A stretch of DNA of 64,000 bases, from contig CAWCKY010000006.1 of NCBI GenBank assembly GCA_963796275.1, positions 992,001 to 1,056,000 of the forward strand, given 5' to 3'. The DNA is from an uncultured Acidobacteriota bacterium. GTDB taxonomy: Bacteria; Acidobacteriota; Blastocatellia; RBC074. Made by a program: the position numbers and the translations under genes. Shown here piece after piece: positions 11,840 to 22,030 of this stretch. Position 1 is the first letter of the stretch; each line of letters starts with the position of its first letter. The notes below the pieces were generated by a model that was not told the origin of the DNA, searched no databases, and saw nothing but the letters and a program-made list of their open reading frames with translations.

Positions 11840-13429
11840 ATGAGGCTGATCACCATATTGATCGGTGCGGCGACCTTGATATCGGTGTCCTTTTTACCGA
11901 CTTACGCGCAAAGGGCGCAGGTCGCCGATGATCAGCAACAGCCGAGTAGTGCCGAACAATACCATCTTCAGGGAATCAAGCTCGGACAGCAGGGAAAGCT
12001 CGATGAGGCTATCGGCTCATTCCGCGAGGCGATCCGACTGAAGCCCGATTTCACGGAAGCGCGCGCGAACCTGGGTCTGGTTCTCCAGCAGAAAGGGGAT
12101 CTCGAGGCTGCGATCGGCGAGTTTCACAGGGCGGTCGAGCAACGGCCCGAATCGGCCGAGTTTCGCAGCGCATATGGATTTGCGCTCGGTCAAAAAGGCG
12201 ATCTGGCCGGCGCGCTCTCTCAATTCGAGACCGCCGTTAGACTCAAACCCGGGCTTCACGAAGCGCAATTTCGTCTGGGCGTGACGCGATGGCTGACCGG
12301 AGCGTACGAGCCGGCCATTCCTCCGCTACGCGAAGCGATAAAACTCGAACCGAACCATGTCGAGTCGCACTACTATCTGGGGCTGGTATTACAAAAAACT
12401 GGACAATCGGGCGAGGCGATCGATGAGTTGCGGAAGGCATCGAGGCTGGGGCCGAAGATAGCCGACGTCCATGCTGCTCTGGGCAACGCTCTGCTTGCCG
12501 ATGAAGATTTCGAAGGCGCAGTCGAGGCATTGCGTGCGGCGATCAGGATCAATCCGGGGAAGGTACAGGCTCGCAATGATCTGGGCCTGACGCTCATCCA
12601 GAAGCGCGAGGCTGATGCTGCCGTGACGGAACTCAACGCGGTTCTCAAGATCGAACCGAACAATCTCGTCGCGCATCACAATTTGGGCCTCGCGCTGATG
12701 CAGAAGGCCGATTATACGAAAGCCATTGAGGTCTATCGGAAATTGCTCGCGCTCAACTCGAACGATGCGGAGGGCTATTACAATCTCGGACTGGCGTTGA
12801 AATACAAGGACGAGTTCGCGGGCGCGACGGAGGCGCTCAAACGAAGCATTGAGCTCCGGCCCGATTTACAGGAGGCGCATTACACGCTGGGCGTCATCTT
12901 CTGGCAGCAGGGAAAACTCAATGAAGCCATTATGGCTTTTCGCGGCGCGATTGCGGTCAAGCCGGATTTCGCCGAGGCTCATTACACGCTCGGCACCGTG
13001 CTTCAGCAGAAGGGTGAGTTAGATGCGGCGATCGCGGAGTTTCGCGAGGCGATAAAGCTTGCGCCGATGAATCCCGAGGTACACAATACGCTCGGCAATG
13101 CGCTGCGCGGGAAAGGCGAGCGCGAGCATGCCCGCGCGGCCTTTCTGGAAGGCGCGCGATTGCAAAAGCTCAAATCGAACAACCAGGCCGCGACATTTGC
13201 GACTAACACCGGCATTCAGAAGCTGAAAAGCGGTGATCTCACCGCAGCCATAGAATTGTTCGAAAAGGCGATCGGTCTCGATCCCGAATACGCACCAGCT
13301 CATTATCAGTTAGGTCTGGCATTTCAGAAGCGGGGCAAACTTACGGAGGCGCAGAACGCTTTCGTTCGCGCGCGGAAGCTTGACCCGAAGTTGAGAATGC
13401 CGGAGTTGGATCGTCGTTCCGGCCACTAG
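11840..13429 (+). CDS. Secreted long TPR-repeat protein
   Basis: More than 12 canonical TPRs (e.g. AEAHYTLGTVL). The signal peptide MRLITILIG...TYAQ starts at ATG 11840. The extra 63 codons in the ORF track run largely through the MITE. Confidence 0.88.
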   Translation: MRLITILIGAATLISVSFLPTYAQRAQVADDQQQPSSAEQYHLQGIKLGQQGKLDEAIGSFREAIRLKPDFTEARANLGLVLQQKGDLEAAIGEFHRAVEQRPESAEFRSAYGFALGQKGDLAGALSQFETAVRLKPGLHEAQFRLGVTRWLTGAYEPAIPPLREAIKLEPNHVESHYYLGLVLQKTGQSGEAIDELRKASRLGPKIADVHAALGNALLADEDFEGAVEALRAAIRINPGKVQARNDLGLTLIQKREADAAVTELNAVLKIEPNNLVAHHNLGLALMQKADYTKAIEVYRKLLALNSNDAEGYYNLGLALKYKDEFAGATEALKRSIELRPDLQEAHYTLGVIFWQQGKLNEAIMAFRGAIAVKPDFAEAHYTLGTVLQQKGELDAAIAEFREAIKLAPMNPEVHNTLGNALRGKGEREHARAAFLEGARLQKLKSNNQAATFATNTGIQKLKSGDLTAAIELFEKAIGLDPEYAPAHYQLGLAFQKRGKLTEAQNAFVRARKLDPKLRMPELDRRSGH

Positions 13430-13566
13430 ACGGTAAAATGTGAGGTAGAATGTGAGACGGAAAAGGGTTCCCTATTTTTCTTGACCTACATTTTCCTTCT
13501 GGTGACACAGCCGGCGATATCAGGTCTTTCCTCTAAAGTCAGTCGTCGAAAACGCGGAGAAGAGCG

Positions 13567-14646
13567 ATGAACAAGGGTGGTCGAATGCAATCCGGGGGCC
13601 TGTACCTGGTATCTTTGATGCTACTCTGTTCTTCTTTGGTTTTCGCTCAATCTGGAAGCGGCAAACGGGAAGTCCTCAAGCAAGATGGCACAATAAAGAT
13701 AGACACTTCGCTGGTGTTGGTCGACGGAATAGTCATGGGCAAGAAGAACAGGGCGATTATCGGAGACCTCGGGCGCGAAGACTTCATCATACGAGAAAAC
13801 GGAAGACCCCAAGCTATCACGCATTTCAGCCGCGAAGAGCTGCCTCTTTCCATTGTGTTACTCGTAGATGTCAGCGGCAGCGTGCGCCCAATAATCGATG
13901 AAATACAGAACGCCACGCTTCAGGCGTTTTCCGAGTTGAAGCCTGCCGACAGAGTCGGTTTGATGATCTTCGCCAACAAGGCCAAAGTGATTACCGGGCT
14001 GACGGCCGACCGCGATCAGATATCTGTCAAGTTTGGGGATATCTGGAATGAGCCGGGGGAGATCGGTTCCGGCACCTTCATTACCCGGGGGGTATATGAA
14101 GCGGCACGTTTTCTGCGTCAGGAGACCTCGGCGAGCGACCGTCGCGCCATTATTTTGATCACGGATGACCAAGATTTCCGTAACCATATACCGTCTCGTG
14201 ATGTTGTATTGAATGAGCTCTATGAAAGCGGGACGACGCTTTGCGGCATTGTCGTCGGCCGGGGAAACAACGCGCGCAAAGCCGTGACTCTGGGCGCGAC
14301 CGCGGCGATCACGGCGATCAATCCGGCTGTCGGCGGAGTTCTGATCGGGATGAAGATTTTGCGCAGGGCGACGTCGCCGGGAAGCACATCGCATTATTTC
14401 TCGGAGCGGACTGGCGGAGTAACTGTCGCCGCGAAAACAGACGGAGTGGGTGATGCATTCATTGAGATGGTCCAGTTGTTGCGAACCCGCTATACTTTCG
14501 GATACGAACCTTCCGACCTGACTGATGACGGCAAGCTGCGTACCATCAAACTTGAAGTACAGAGCGAAGTGCAGAGACGGAAAGGCAAGATGCATGTCAT
14601 TGCGCGTCGCGGGTATTATCTGAAAACAAGAGGCAGCAGGCAGTAA
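13567..14646 (+). CDS. VWA-domain protein (acidobacterial VWFA-related type)
   Basis: Signal peptide; IKIDTSLVLVD, EDFIIRENGRPQ, MIDAS DVSGS, ILITDD; C-terminal ARRGYY. Confidence 0.85.
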   Translation: MNKGGRMQSGGLYLVSLMLLCSSLVFAQSGSGKREVLKQDGTIKIDTSLVLVDGIVMGKKNRAIIGDLGREDFIIRENGRPQAITHFSREELPLSIVLLVDVSGSVRPIIDEIQNATLQAFSELKPADRVGLMIFANKAKVITGLTADRDQISVKFGDIWNEPGEIGSGTFITRGVYEAARFLRQETSASDRRAIILITDDQDFRNHIPSRDVVLNELYESGTTLCGIVVGRGNNARKAVTLGATAAITAINPAVGGVLIGMKILRRATSPGSTSHYFSERTGGVTVAAKTDGVGDAFIEMVQLLRTRYTFGYEPSDLTDDGKLRTIKLEVQSEVQRRKGKMHVIARRGYYLKTRGSRQ

Positions 14647-14746
14647 GCAGTTCTGAATCAGTCTGTATTTGTCAATAAAGAAATTTTGTCGATTTTTTAC
14701 CGCAGTCCAGGCCAACTGCCTGCCATCTCAGTTGAGAAAGGAATTG

Positions 14747-15802
14747 ATGAAGCGGTTGAGAGTATCTCTATTTTTATTGCAGCTGGTTCTGGTATTGAGC
14801 TGGCCGGCGTTCGCGCAAGAGCGGGATTTACGATCACCCGAAGATTCACTCCAGCAGCGTCTGCGCGCGCTCGAAGAGCGGCTCGAATTCATGGAGCCGG
14901 CGCTTGCGAAAGACATCGATGACCTCATGTGGGTTTTGAGGCTGAACGACATTGCTCTAGTCGATAAGGTCCGTTACACCGGACCGCCGCCGCGCGTGGT
15001 CCCGAACACGACGGGTCAGGGAGCGAACAACCCCGTTATTATTCCAGCCTATACTTTCATTCCCAAACAGTATGCGACCGGAAAGATACCTCTGATCGTT
15101 CTCGTTCATGGCGGCGTTCATGGCAACTTCGAGACCAATTACGTCCACATCGTGCGCGAACTGGTGAGCCAGGGATATGCTGTGATGGCGCCCGAATATC
15201 GCGGAAGCAGCGGATACGGGCGCGGATTCTGGCGCCTCATCGATTACGGCGGGATGGAGACCGAAGATGTTTTTGCGGGAAAGCAATGGATGATCGAGAA
15301 CTACCCGAACATCGACCCGCAGCGAGTCGGGATTATGGGATGGAGCCACGGCGGAATGATATCGCTTCTGAACGTTTTCGAACATCCGCGGGACTACCAG
15401 GTGGTTTACGCCGGCGTACCAGTGAGCGATCTGATCGCTCGAATGGGCTATAAAAGCCAGGGCTATCGCGATCTCTATTCGGCGCCCTACCATCTGGGCA
15501 AGACCGCAGAACAGAATGTCAACGAATATAAACGCCGCTCTCCGGCCTGGAACGCCGAGAAACTGAATACGCCGCTGCTCGTTCACTCAAACACAAATGA
15601 CGAAGATGTGAATGTGCTCGAAGTTGAGCATCTCATCAAATCGCTGAAAGCCGCGGGAAAGAAGTTCGATTACAAGATATATGACAATGCGCCGGGCGGG
15701 CACGCATTCAATCGTCTCGATACGAAGCTCGCGAAAGATTCGCGCGCGGAGATCTATCGATTTCTGGCTCAGTATTTGAATCCACCTAATGCGGTGAAAT
15801 AG
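14747..15802 (+). CDS. Secreted S9-family (prolyl oligopeptidase-like) alpha/beta hydrolase
   Basis: HGG oxyanion motif, PEYRGSSGYG, nucleophile GWSHGG, Asp (DEDV), His (GGHAF). SD AAGGA lies before ATG 14747. Confidence 0.85.
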   Translation: MKRLRVSLFLLQLVLVLSWPAFAQERDLRSPEDSLQQRLRALEERLEFMEPALAKDIDDLMWVLRLNDIALVDKVRYTGPPPRVVPNTTGQGANNPVIIPAYTFIPKQYATGKIPLIVLVHGGVHGNFETNYVHIVRELVSQGYAVMAPEYRGSSGYGRGFWRLIDYGGMETEDVFAGKQWMIENYPNIDPQRVGIMGWSHGGMISLLNVFEHPRDYQVVYAGVPVSDLIARMGYKSQGYRDLYSAPYHLGKTAEQNVNEYKRRSPAWNAEKLNTPLLVHSNTNDEDVNVLEVEHLIKSLKAAGKKFDYKIYDNAPGGHAFNRLDTKLAKDSRAEIYRFLAQYLNPPNAVK

Positions 15803-16343
15803 TTTTCAGTTGTGACTGCTCGGCCTTTCGCCGCGTTAGCGGCGGTTGAGCTTGAAGGATATGGCTGGGCGCAGTTACTTCATGCCGAAAGACGTGAATA
15901 CAACGGAAAAGCCGGTGAATAAAGATTCACCCCAAAACAGTTTTCAGTTATGACTGCTCAGCCTCATCGCATTAGCGGCGGCAGCCTCTTCGCCGCGTTA
16001 GCGGCGGCTGATTGTAGCCGTGGGTTTTAACCCACGGGAGGCTTGAAGGATATTCCCGCGTCGCGTTAGCGACGCCTGAATTCAACCGTCGCTGACGCGA
16101 CGTGAAAAAATCTACCGCCACCGTGGGTTAAAACCCACGGCTACAATCAGCCGCCGCTAACGCGGCGATGGCTGGGCAGTTAATTTCAGTTTTAGTTTTT
16201 AGTAGTCGATAGAGACGCCCAACTAAAAACTAAAAACTAAAAGCCGCTAACGCGGCGAAGGCTGGGCAGTTAATTTCAGTTTTAGTTTTTAGTTATCTAG
16301 AGGGACCGCCCAACTAAAAACTAAAAACTAAAAACTGAAAACT
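15801..16343. repeat. Composite REPIN-like element: GTAG-type REP doublet nested among heptamer-repeat hairpins
   Basis: Perfect 48-bp inverted repeat 15990-16037/16121-16168 containing GTAG-CCGTGGG-TTTTAA-CCCACGG; ~90-bp direct duplication 16153-16242/16243-16343; AAAAACT runs. Confidence 0.85.
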
Positions 16344-16365
16344 TTTTTCAGAGGAGTAATCACTC

Positions 16366-19300
16366 GTGAAGACATCCCTTCGTGTACTTAGCATCCTCTT
16401 GTTCTTCGTCTTTCCGCTGTTTTCAGCCGGCGCACAGGAGCAGAAGCCGGATCAGAAGCAGGAACAGAAAGCAGATCCGATGTCATCGGCCACCTTCTCT
16501 GGCTTGCCTATGCGCTCAATCGGACCCGCCTTGACATCCGGGCGCGTGATCGCATTCGCGGTCGACCCGAGTGACCGGGCGAAATATTACGTCGCGTCGG
16601 CGTCGGGCGGCGTCTGGAAGACCGTCAATGCTGGCACGACGTGGACGTCCGTCTTCGACAATTACGGCTCATATTCGATCGGGGCGATCGCGCTCGATCC
16701 GAAGGACGCAGCGGTCGTCTGGGTCGGGACGGGTGAGCGTAACAGCCAGCGGAGCGTCAGTTACGGCGATGGGGTATACAAGTCCGAAGACGGCGGCAAG
16801 AGTTTTAAGAAAGTCGGTCTGGAGAAATCGGAGCACATCGGCCGCATCGTCATCGATCCGCGCGATTCGAAAATCGTTTACGTCGCTGCGCAGGGTCCGT
16901 TGTGGGGGCCGGGCGGCGATCGCGGATTGTTCAAGACGGCCGATGGCGGCAAGACCTGGAAGAATATCCTAAACATCAGCGAGAACACCGGAATCACGGA
17001 CGTCGTGATAGATCCATCGAATCCGGATATCCTTTATGCGGCATCCTATCAACGGCGCCGGCACGTCTGGACCCTCATCAACGGCGGCCCGGAGAGCGCC
17101 ATTCACAAATCGACCGATGCAGGTGCGACATGGACGAAGCTGCGGTCGGGATTGCCCGCCGGCGAACTGGGCCGCATTGGACTAGATGTTTCTCCGGTTG
17201 ATTCCACCGTCGTTTACGCAACGGTGGAAGCGGAGGGCGATCAGAGCGGCATCTTCCGTTCGAAAGATCGCGGAGCGACCTGGGAGCGGATGAGTCCGAA
17301 CATCGCGCAGGGAATGTACTATGGCCAGATCGTGTGTGACCCGAAGGATGTCGATCGAATTTACGTACCGAACGTGATCCTGATGGTATCGGACGATGGC
17401 GGTCGTACGTTGCGGCCGCTCGGTGAGAGATCGAAGCACGTCGACAATCACGCAATCTGGATCGATCCGAAGAACACCGATTACTACCTCGTCGGCTGCG
17501 ATGGCGGGGTGTACGAGAGCTTCGATCGGGGGCAGAACTGGCATTACAAGTCCAACTTGTCGATCACGCAATTTTACGATGTGACGGTCGATAACTCGAC
17601 CCCGTTTTATTTCGTGTGCGGCGGCACACAGGATAACTACAGTATGTGCGGCCCCTCGCGCACGCGCAGCGCGAGCGGAATAACCAACGGCGATTGGTTT
17701 GTGACAAACGGAGGTGACGGATTCCATACGCGCGTCGATCCGGAAGATCCGAATACGATCTACGCCACGCTGCAGTACGGAAGTCTCATACGCTTCGACA
17801 AGCGAACGGGAGAGCGGATCGGCATTCAGCCCAAGCCGGGAAAGGGCGAACCTCCGCTGCGCTGGAACTGGGATTCGCCGATGATCATCAGCCCGCATCT
17901 GCATACGCGGTTGTACTTCGCGGCTAACCGATTATTTCGCAGCGATGACCGCGGCGACACCTGGCGGGCGATCAGTCCGGACCTTACCCGCCAGCTTGAC
18001 CGCAATAAGCTTCCCGTAATGGGAAAGGTCTGGGGGCCGGATGCCGTGGCCAAACATCAATCGACCTCGTTCTACGGCAATATCGTCGCGTTGAGCGAAT
18101 CGCCCAAGAAAGAAGGTCTGATCTATGTGGGGACAGACGACGGACTGATACAGGTCACCGAAGACGGCGGGCGCAATTGGATCAAAGTCGAAAATTTTCC
18201 GGGAGTTCCTGAACGGACGTATGTCACGCGCATCTTCGCCTCGCAGCACGATATGAACACGGTCTATGCATTATTCAACAATCACAAGAATTCAGATTTC
18301 GCGCCCTATCTTTTAAAGAGCACCGATGCGGGCAAGAGCTGGAGTTCGATATCGAGCAATCTGCCGAAGAACGGCCCGCTATGGGCGATCGCCGAGGACC
18401 ACGTCAATCCGGGCTTGCTTTTCGCCGGCACCGAGTTCGGCCTCTTCTTTACGATCGATGGCGGCGCCAAGTGGATACAATTGAAAGGCGGGATGCCGAC
18501 GATCGCGGTGCGCGATCTGGCGATTCAGAAGCGTGAGAACGATCTGGTCGCCGGCACTTTCGGGCGCGGTATCTTTATTCTGGATGATTACACTGTGCTG
18601 CGATTGACGAAGTCGGAGACGCTGGCGCAGGAGAGCTATCTCTTTCCGGTGAACGAGGCGATGATATACATCGAGTCTCAGCCGCTCGGCGGGCGCGGCA
18701 AATCATTCCAGGGAGAGAGCTATTTCACTGCGCCCAATCCGCCCTTTGGCGCGACGATGACATACTATTTGAAAGAGCCGCTCAAGACGAAGAGACAATT
18801 GCGCAAGGATGCCGAGAAGAAGGGCGGGGAAGTGGCCTATCCGACGCGCGAAGAGCTTAGTGCGGAGGCCGAAGAGGAAGCGCCCGCCATTATCTTAACG
18901 GTGAGCGATGGCTTGGGACGGGTAATTCGCCGGCTCAGCGGTCCGTCGTCAGCCGGATTGCATCGCATAACCTGGGAATCTGCGTTATCCGGCGACGCAA
19001 CTGGCGCCGCCCCGCCAGGCCGAGGCCGGCGATCCGGAAGAGATTTTTAGAGGGGCGCCCGCGGGCCATCTAGTGATGCCGGGCAAATATACGGTCACAC
19101 TGGCGAAGCGAGCGGGCGGCGTATGGACGCAGCTGGCCGGACCGCTATCCTTCAACGTCATAACGGAAGGTCTGAATACTATGGCAGCGGCGGATCGCGA
19201 GAAGCTCTTCGAGTTTCAGCAGAAGGTTGCAAAGCTGCAGCGCGCCGTGAACGGAGCTCTATCATCAGCCAACGAGTTGAAGACGAAACTCGCGACGGCC

Positions 19301-19669
19301 AGGCGCGCTTTGCTGGAGACTCCATCGGCCAGCGATAAGCTGATCGATGATGCGGCCATCATCGACAGACGATTAAATGAGGTCCTGAAGGCGCTGCGCG
19401 GCGATGTCGCCCTGCGCGCGCGCCAGGAGAACCTGCCGCCTGCGATCAGCGATCGCGTGAACGGCATCGTCGCCGAGCAGCGGATGTCGACTTCAAAGCC
19501 GACGCAGACGCAGATAAATGCCTATCACATCGCCGCGGAGGAGTTCGAGGTCGAATTGAAGAAGCTCCGTTCGCTGGTCGATGTTGACATAGCCAGGCTG
19601 GAGAGATCGATGGAGAGCGTCGGGGCGCCGTGGACGCCGGGACGCGTGCCGGTTTGGCAGGACAGGTAA
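16366..19669 (+). CDS. Secreted VPS10/BNR-repeat glycosyl hydrolase-like protein, split by a +1 frameshift near 18975 (ORFs 16366-19050 and 19073-19669)
   Basis: Many SxDGGxTW BNR boxes; MRSIGPALTSGR start. Removing one base at TGGGAATC (18973-18980) restores ...HRITW(D/N)LRYP...GHLVMPGKY, joining both ORFs. Confidence 0.85.
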
Positions 19670-19678
19670 GGGCAGTTC

Positions 19679-19836
19679 ACATTGTTCATTGTTGATTGTT
19701 CATTTTAGATTTGTCATTTAAGAAACGCGGCTCCAACAATGACAAGGTAAAATGTATGTAACTGCGCAGCTTCTTCGCCGCGGGCCGCAGCTCTTCAATG
19801 ACAAATCTAAAATGAACAATCAACAATGAACAATGT
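19679..19836. repeat. Perfect 40-bp inverted repeat of heptamer units between convergent genes (possible bidirectional terminator)
   Basis: Arm 19679-19718 (ACATTGTTCATTGTTGATTGTTCATTTTAGATTTGTCATT) is the exact reverse complement of 19797-19836. Confidence 0.85.
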
Positions 19837-19846
19837 AATGGTTGAT

Positions 19847-21676
19847 TCAATTGACGGATGGCAGAATGATTTTGAATGACGTGCCTTCGCCGACTTCTGA
19901 CAATACCCTGATGCGCCCATTGTGAAGCTGAACGGCGCGAAACGCCTGGGCCAAACCGATGCCGCTGCCTTTCGGTTTGGTAGTGTAATAGAGGTTGAAA
20001 ATTTTATCGCGCGCCTCTTCCGGGATGCCCGGACCGTGGTCTGTGATTGAGATGAAGATATGGCCGTCATCCTTGCCGGTCTCTACGATGAGCTTCCCGC
20101 CTTTCGGCATTACCTGGCAACCGTTGATGATGATATTGAGGAGAGCCTGCTTGAGCAGGTCGGAGTCGGCTTTGATGGTGAGCGGGCTTCCGCCGTAATG
20201 CTCTTCGAGATCGATGCCCTGAGCGCGCGCATCGGCGGCGAGCAATACGACCTCGCGCACGAGCACATTCGCATCCACCTGGTGAAGCTTCAATTCGACC
20301 GGGCGCGTGAAATCGAGGAAGGTGAGCACCACGCGCTTGAGGCGGTTGACTTCAGACATCAGGATATCGACGTGCGGTTTCGGATCGAGCCCGGCATCGA
20401 GCTTCGCGCCGAGGAGTTCCAGGTGTAGCACCATAGCGTGCAATGGGTTTTTCACTTCGTGTGCGACTCCGGCCGTTATACGGTTGAGCGCGGCGAGTTT
20501 GGTCGCGAAATCGAGTTGCGTTTCCAGTCGCTGCAGCGTTTCGAAGTCGCGCAGGGTGAGGAGCGCGCCCGCCGGTTGCCCGCGGTCTTCGAAGAGCTGG
20601 AGCGAGGCCACGATGGCCAGCGGTTGTTTCGATCCATTGATATTGAGCGATGTCACTTCCTGTAACGACTGGCGGCTGGCATAGGCACGCTCGGCGAGCG
20701 AACTGATCGGGTGATTGATGCTGAGCACGTCGGCGAGTCGTTGCCCGCGCAGAGAAAGATTGCCGCCGCTCAGCATCCTTTCGGCTTCGGGGCTCGCCAT
20801 AATCACGCGCCGCTCGCGGTCGAGCAGCAGGACGCGTTCGGAAAGACTACCGACGACCTGTTGCAGCTGGTCGCGAATCGCTTCGATTTCAGTGCGGTTC
20901 CCGGCAAACCGGCGGCCGAGCTCGCGCAGGCGCTGCGCGATGCTTTGCATCTCGACGTTGACGGGACGCGGTTCCGTTATGGTGCTCTCGGCCTCGAGTT
21001 GTTCAACGCTCTCCATCACTTCGCGCAGTGGCCACAACACGAGATTGGATGAGAGCAGCGCGATAAGTACGCAGAGACCGATGATGATGATGCCGACTGC
21101 CAGGCTGAGTTTGATCGTGGGCGATAATTTGGCGCGCAGCGTCGAAGCCTGCACGCCCGTAATAATGTGAGCGAAGTCTTTCTTGTTGAGGATGAGCGTG
21201 CTCTTCAATTGATAGATGTCATCGTCGTTATAGAGCATCCAGAGTTGTTTGTACCATCGCGCATTCTGCAGCTCATTTATCTGTTTGATCTTGCTGACGG
21301 ACTGCAAGATGTTGAGCGGATCGGATTGCGCAATGATGGCGCCGTCGGTGGATTCCATCGCGCAGTAGATGAAATCCTTGTTCCTGCCCGTGCTCGCTTT
21401 GATCATCGAGCGGACCCCTTCATCGAGTCCGATAGCGACCTGAGGCTCTTCCAGAGGCCGGTTATTGATGGCGCGCTGCGCAAAGGTGTAGAGCTGATCG
21501 GCGAAATTATCGGCCGCGGCGGGAAAATATCCGGGATCAGGCTGGTTCTCTTTAGGCGCTATTTGAGTGTTGAGCAGACTGGAGATGTTGAAGCACAAAA
21601 ATGCTCCCGTCACCAGGATGACCAGAATGATTATGACAGCTACGTGCCGTGTGCGTACACTGGGCTCCCAGCTCAT
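19847..21676 (-). CDS. Membrane sensor histidine kinase (2 TM, HAMP-like, PAS, HisKA, HATPase; NtrB-like)
   Basis: H-box AHEVKNPL, N-box LLNIIING, G1 DHGPGI, G2 GSGIGL; SD GGAG upstream. Confidence 0.9.
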   Translation of the reverse strand: MSWEPSVRTRHVAVIIILVILVTGAFLCFNISSLLNTQIAPKENQPDPGYFPAAADNFADQLYTFAQRAINNRPLEEPQVAIGLDEGVRSMIKASTGRNKDFIYCAMESTDGAIIAQSDPLNILQSVSKIKQINELQNARWYKQLWMLYNDDDIYQLKSTLILNKKDFAHIITGVQASTLRAKLSPTIKLSLAVGIIIIGLCVLIALLSSNLVLWPLREVMESVEQLEAESTITEPRPVNVEMQSIAQRLRELGRRFAGNRTEIEAIRDQLQQVVGSLSERVLLLDRERRVIMASPEAERMLSGGNLSLRGQRLADVLSINHPISSLAERAYASRQSLQEVTSLNINGSKQPLAIVASLQLFEDRGQPAGALLTLRDFETLQRLETQLDFATKLAALNRITAGVAHEVKNPLHAMVLHLELLGAKLDAGLDPKPHVDILMSEVNRLKRVVLTFLDFTRPVELKLHQVDANVLVREVVLLAADARAQGIDLEEHYGGSPLTIKADSDLLKQALLNIIINGCQVMPKGGKLIVETGKDDGHIFISITDHGPGIPEEARDKIFNLYYTTKPKGSGIGLAQAFRAVQLHNGRIRVLSEVGEGTSFKIILPSVN

Positions 21677-22030
21677 GCCGTTCGCCTACTCCCTCCGCAA
21701 AGAATATCTATTTGGGCCAGTTCGACAATGGTCGACTACCAATCCGTAAAACCAAGTTATTGGGGCTTGTCAATCTCTTCTCGGGTAGTGATGGTTAACA
21801 GGCACACAAGAACAAACGAAAGCGAATAAAACATAGAACAGCGAACCTCAATTTAGTCTGTTATTCCTTGGCTGGCAAGTATTTTCTTGCGCTTTCATCG
21901 AAACGCGAATTCGACGCACCAGCGCGATAAAGTCGAAATATACGTTGGGGATTTAACATTCACCGAACATGCATATCTTATGATCCTCCGTGATCCCGAA
22001 AATTTGGAAATTTCGCAACAAAGGAAAAAT

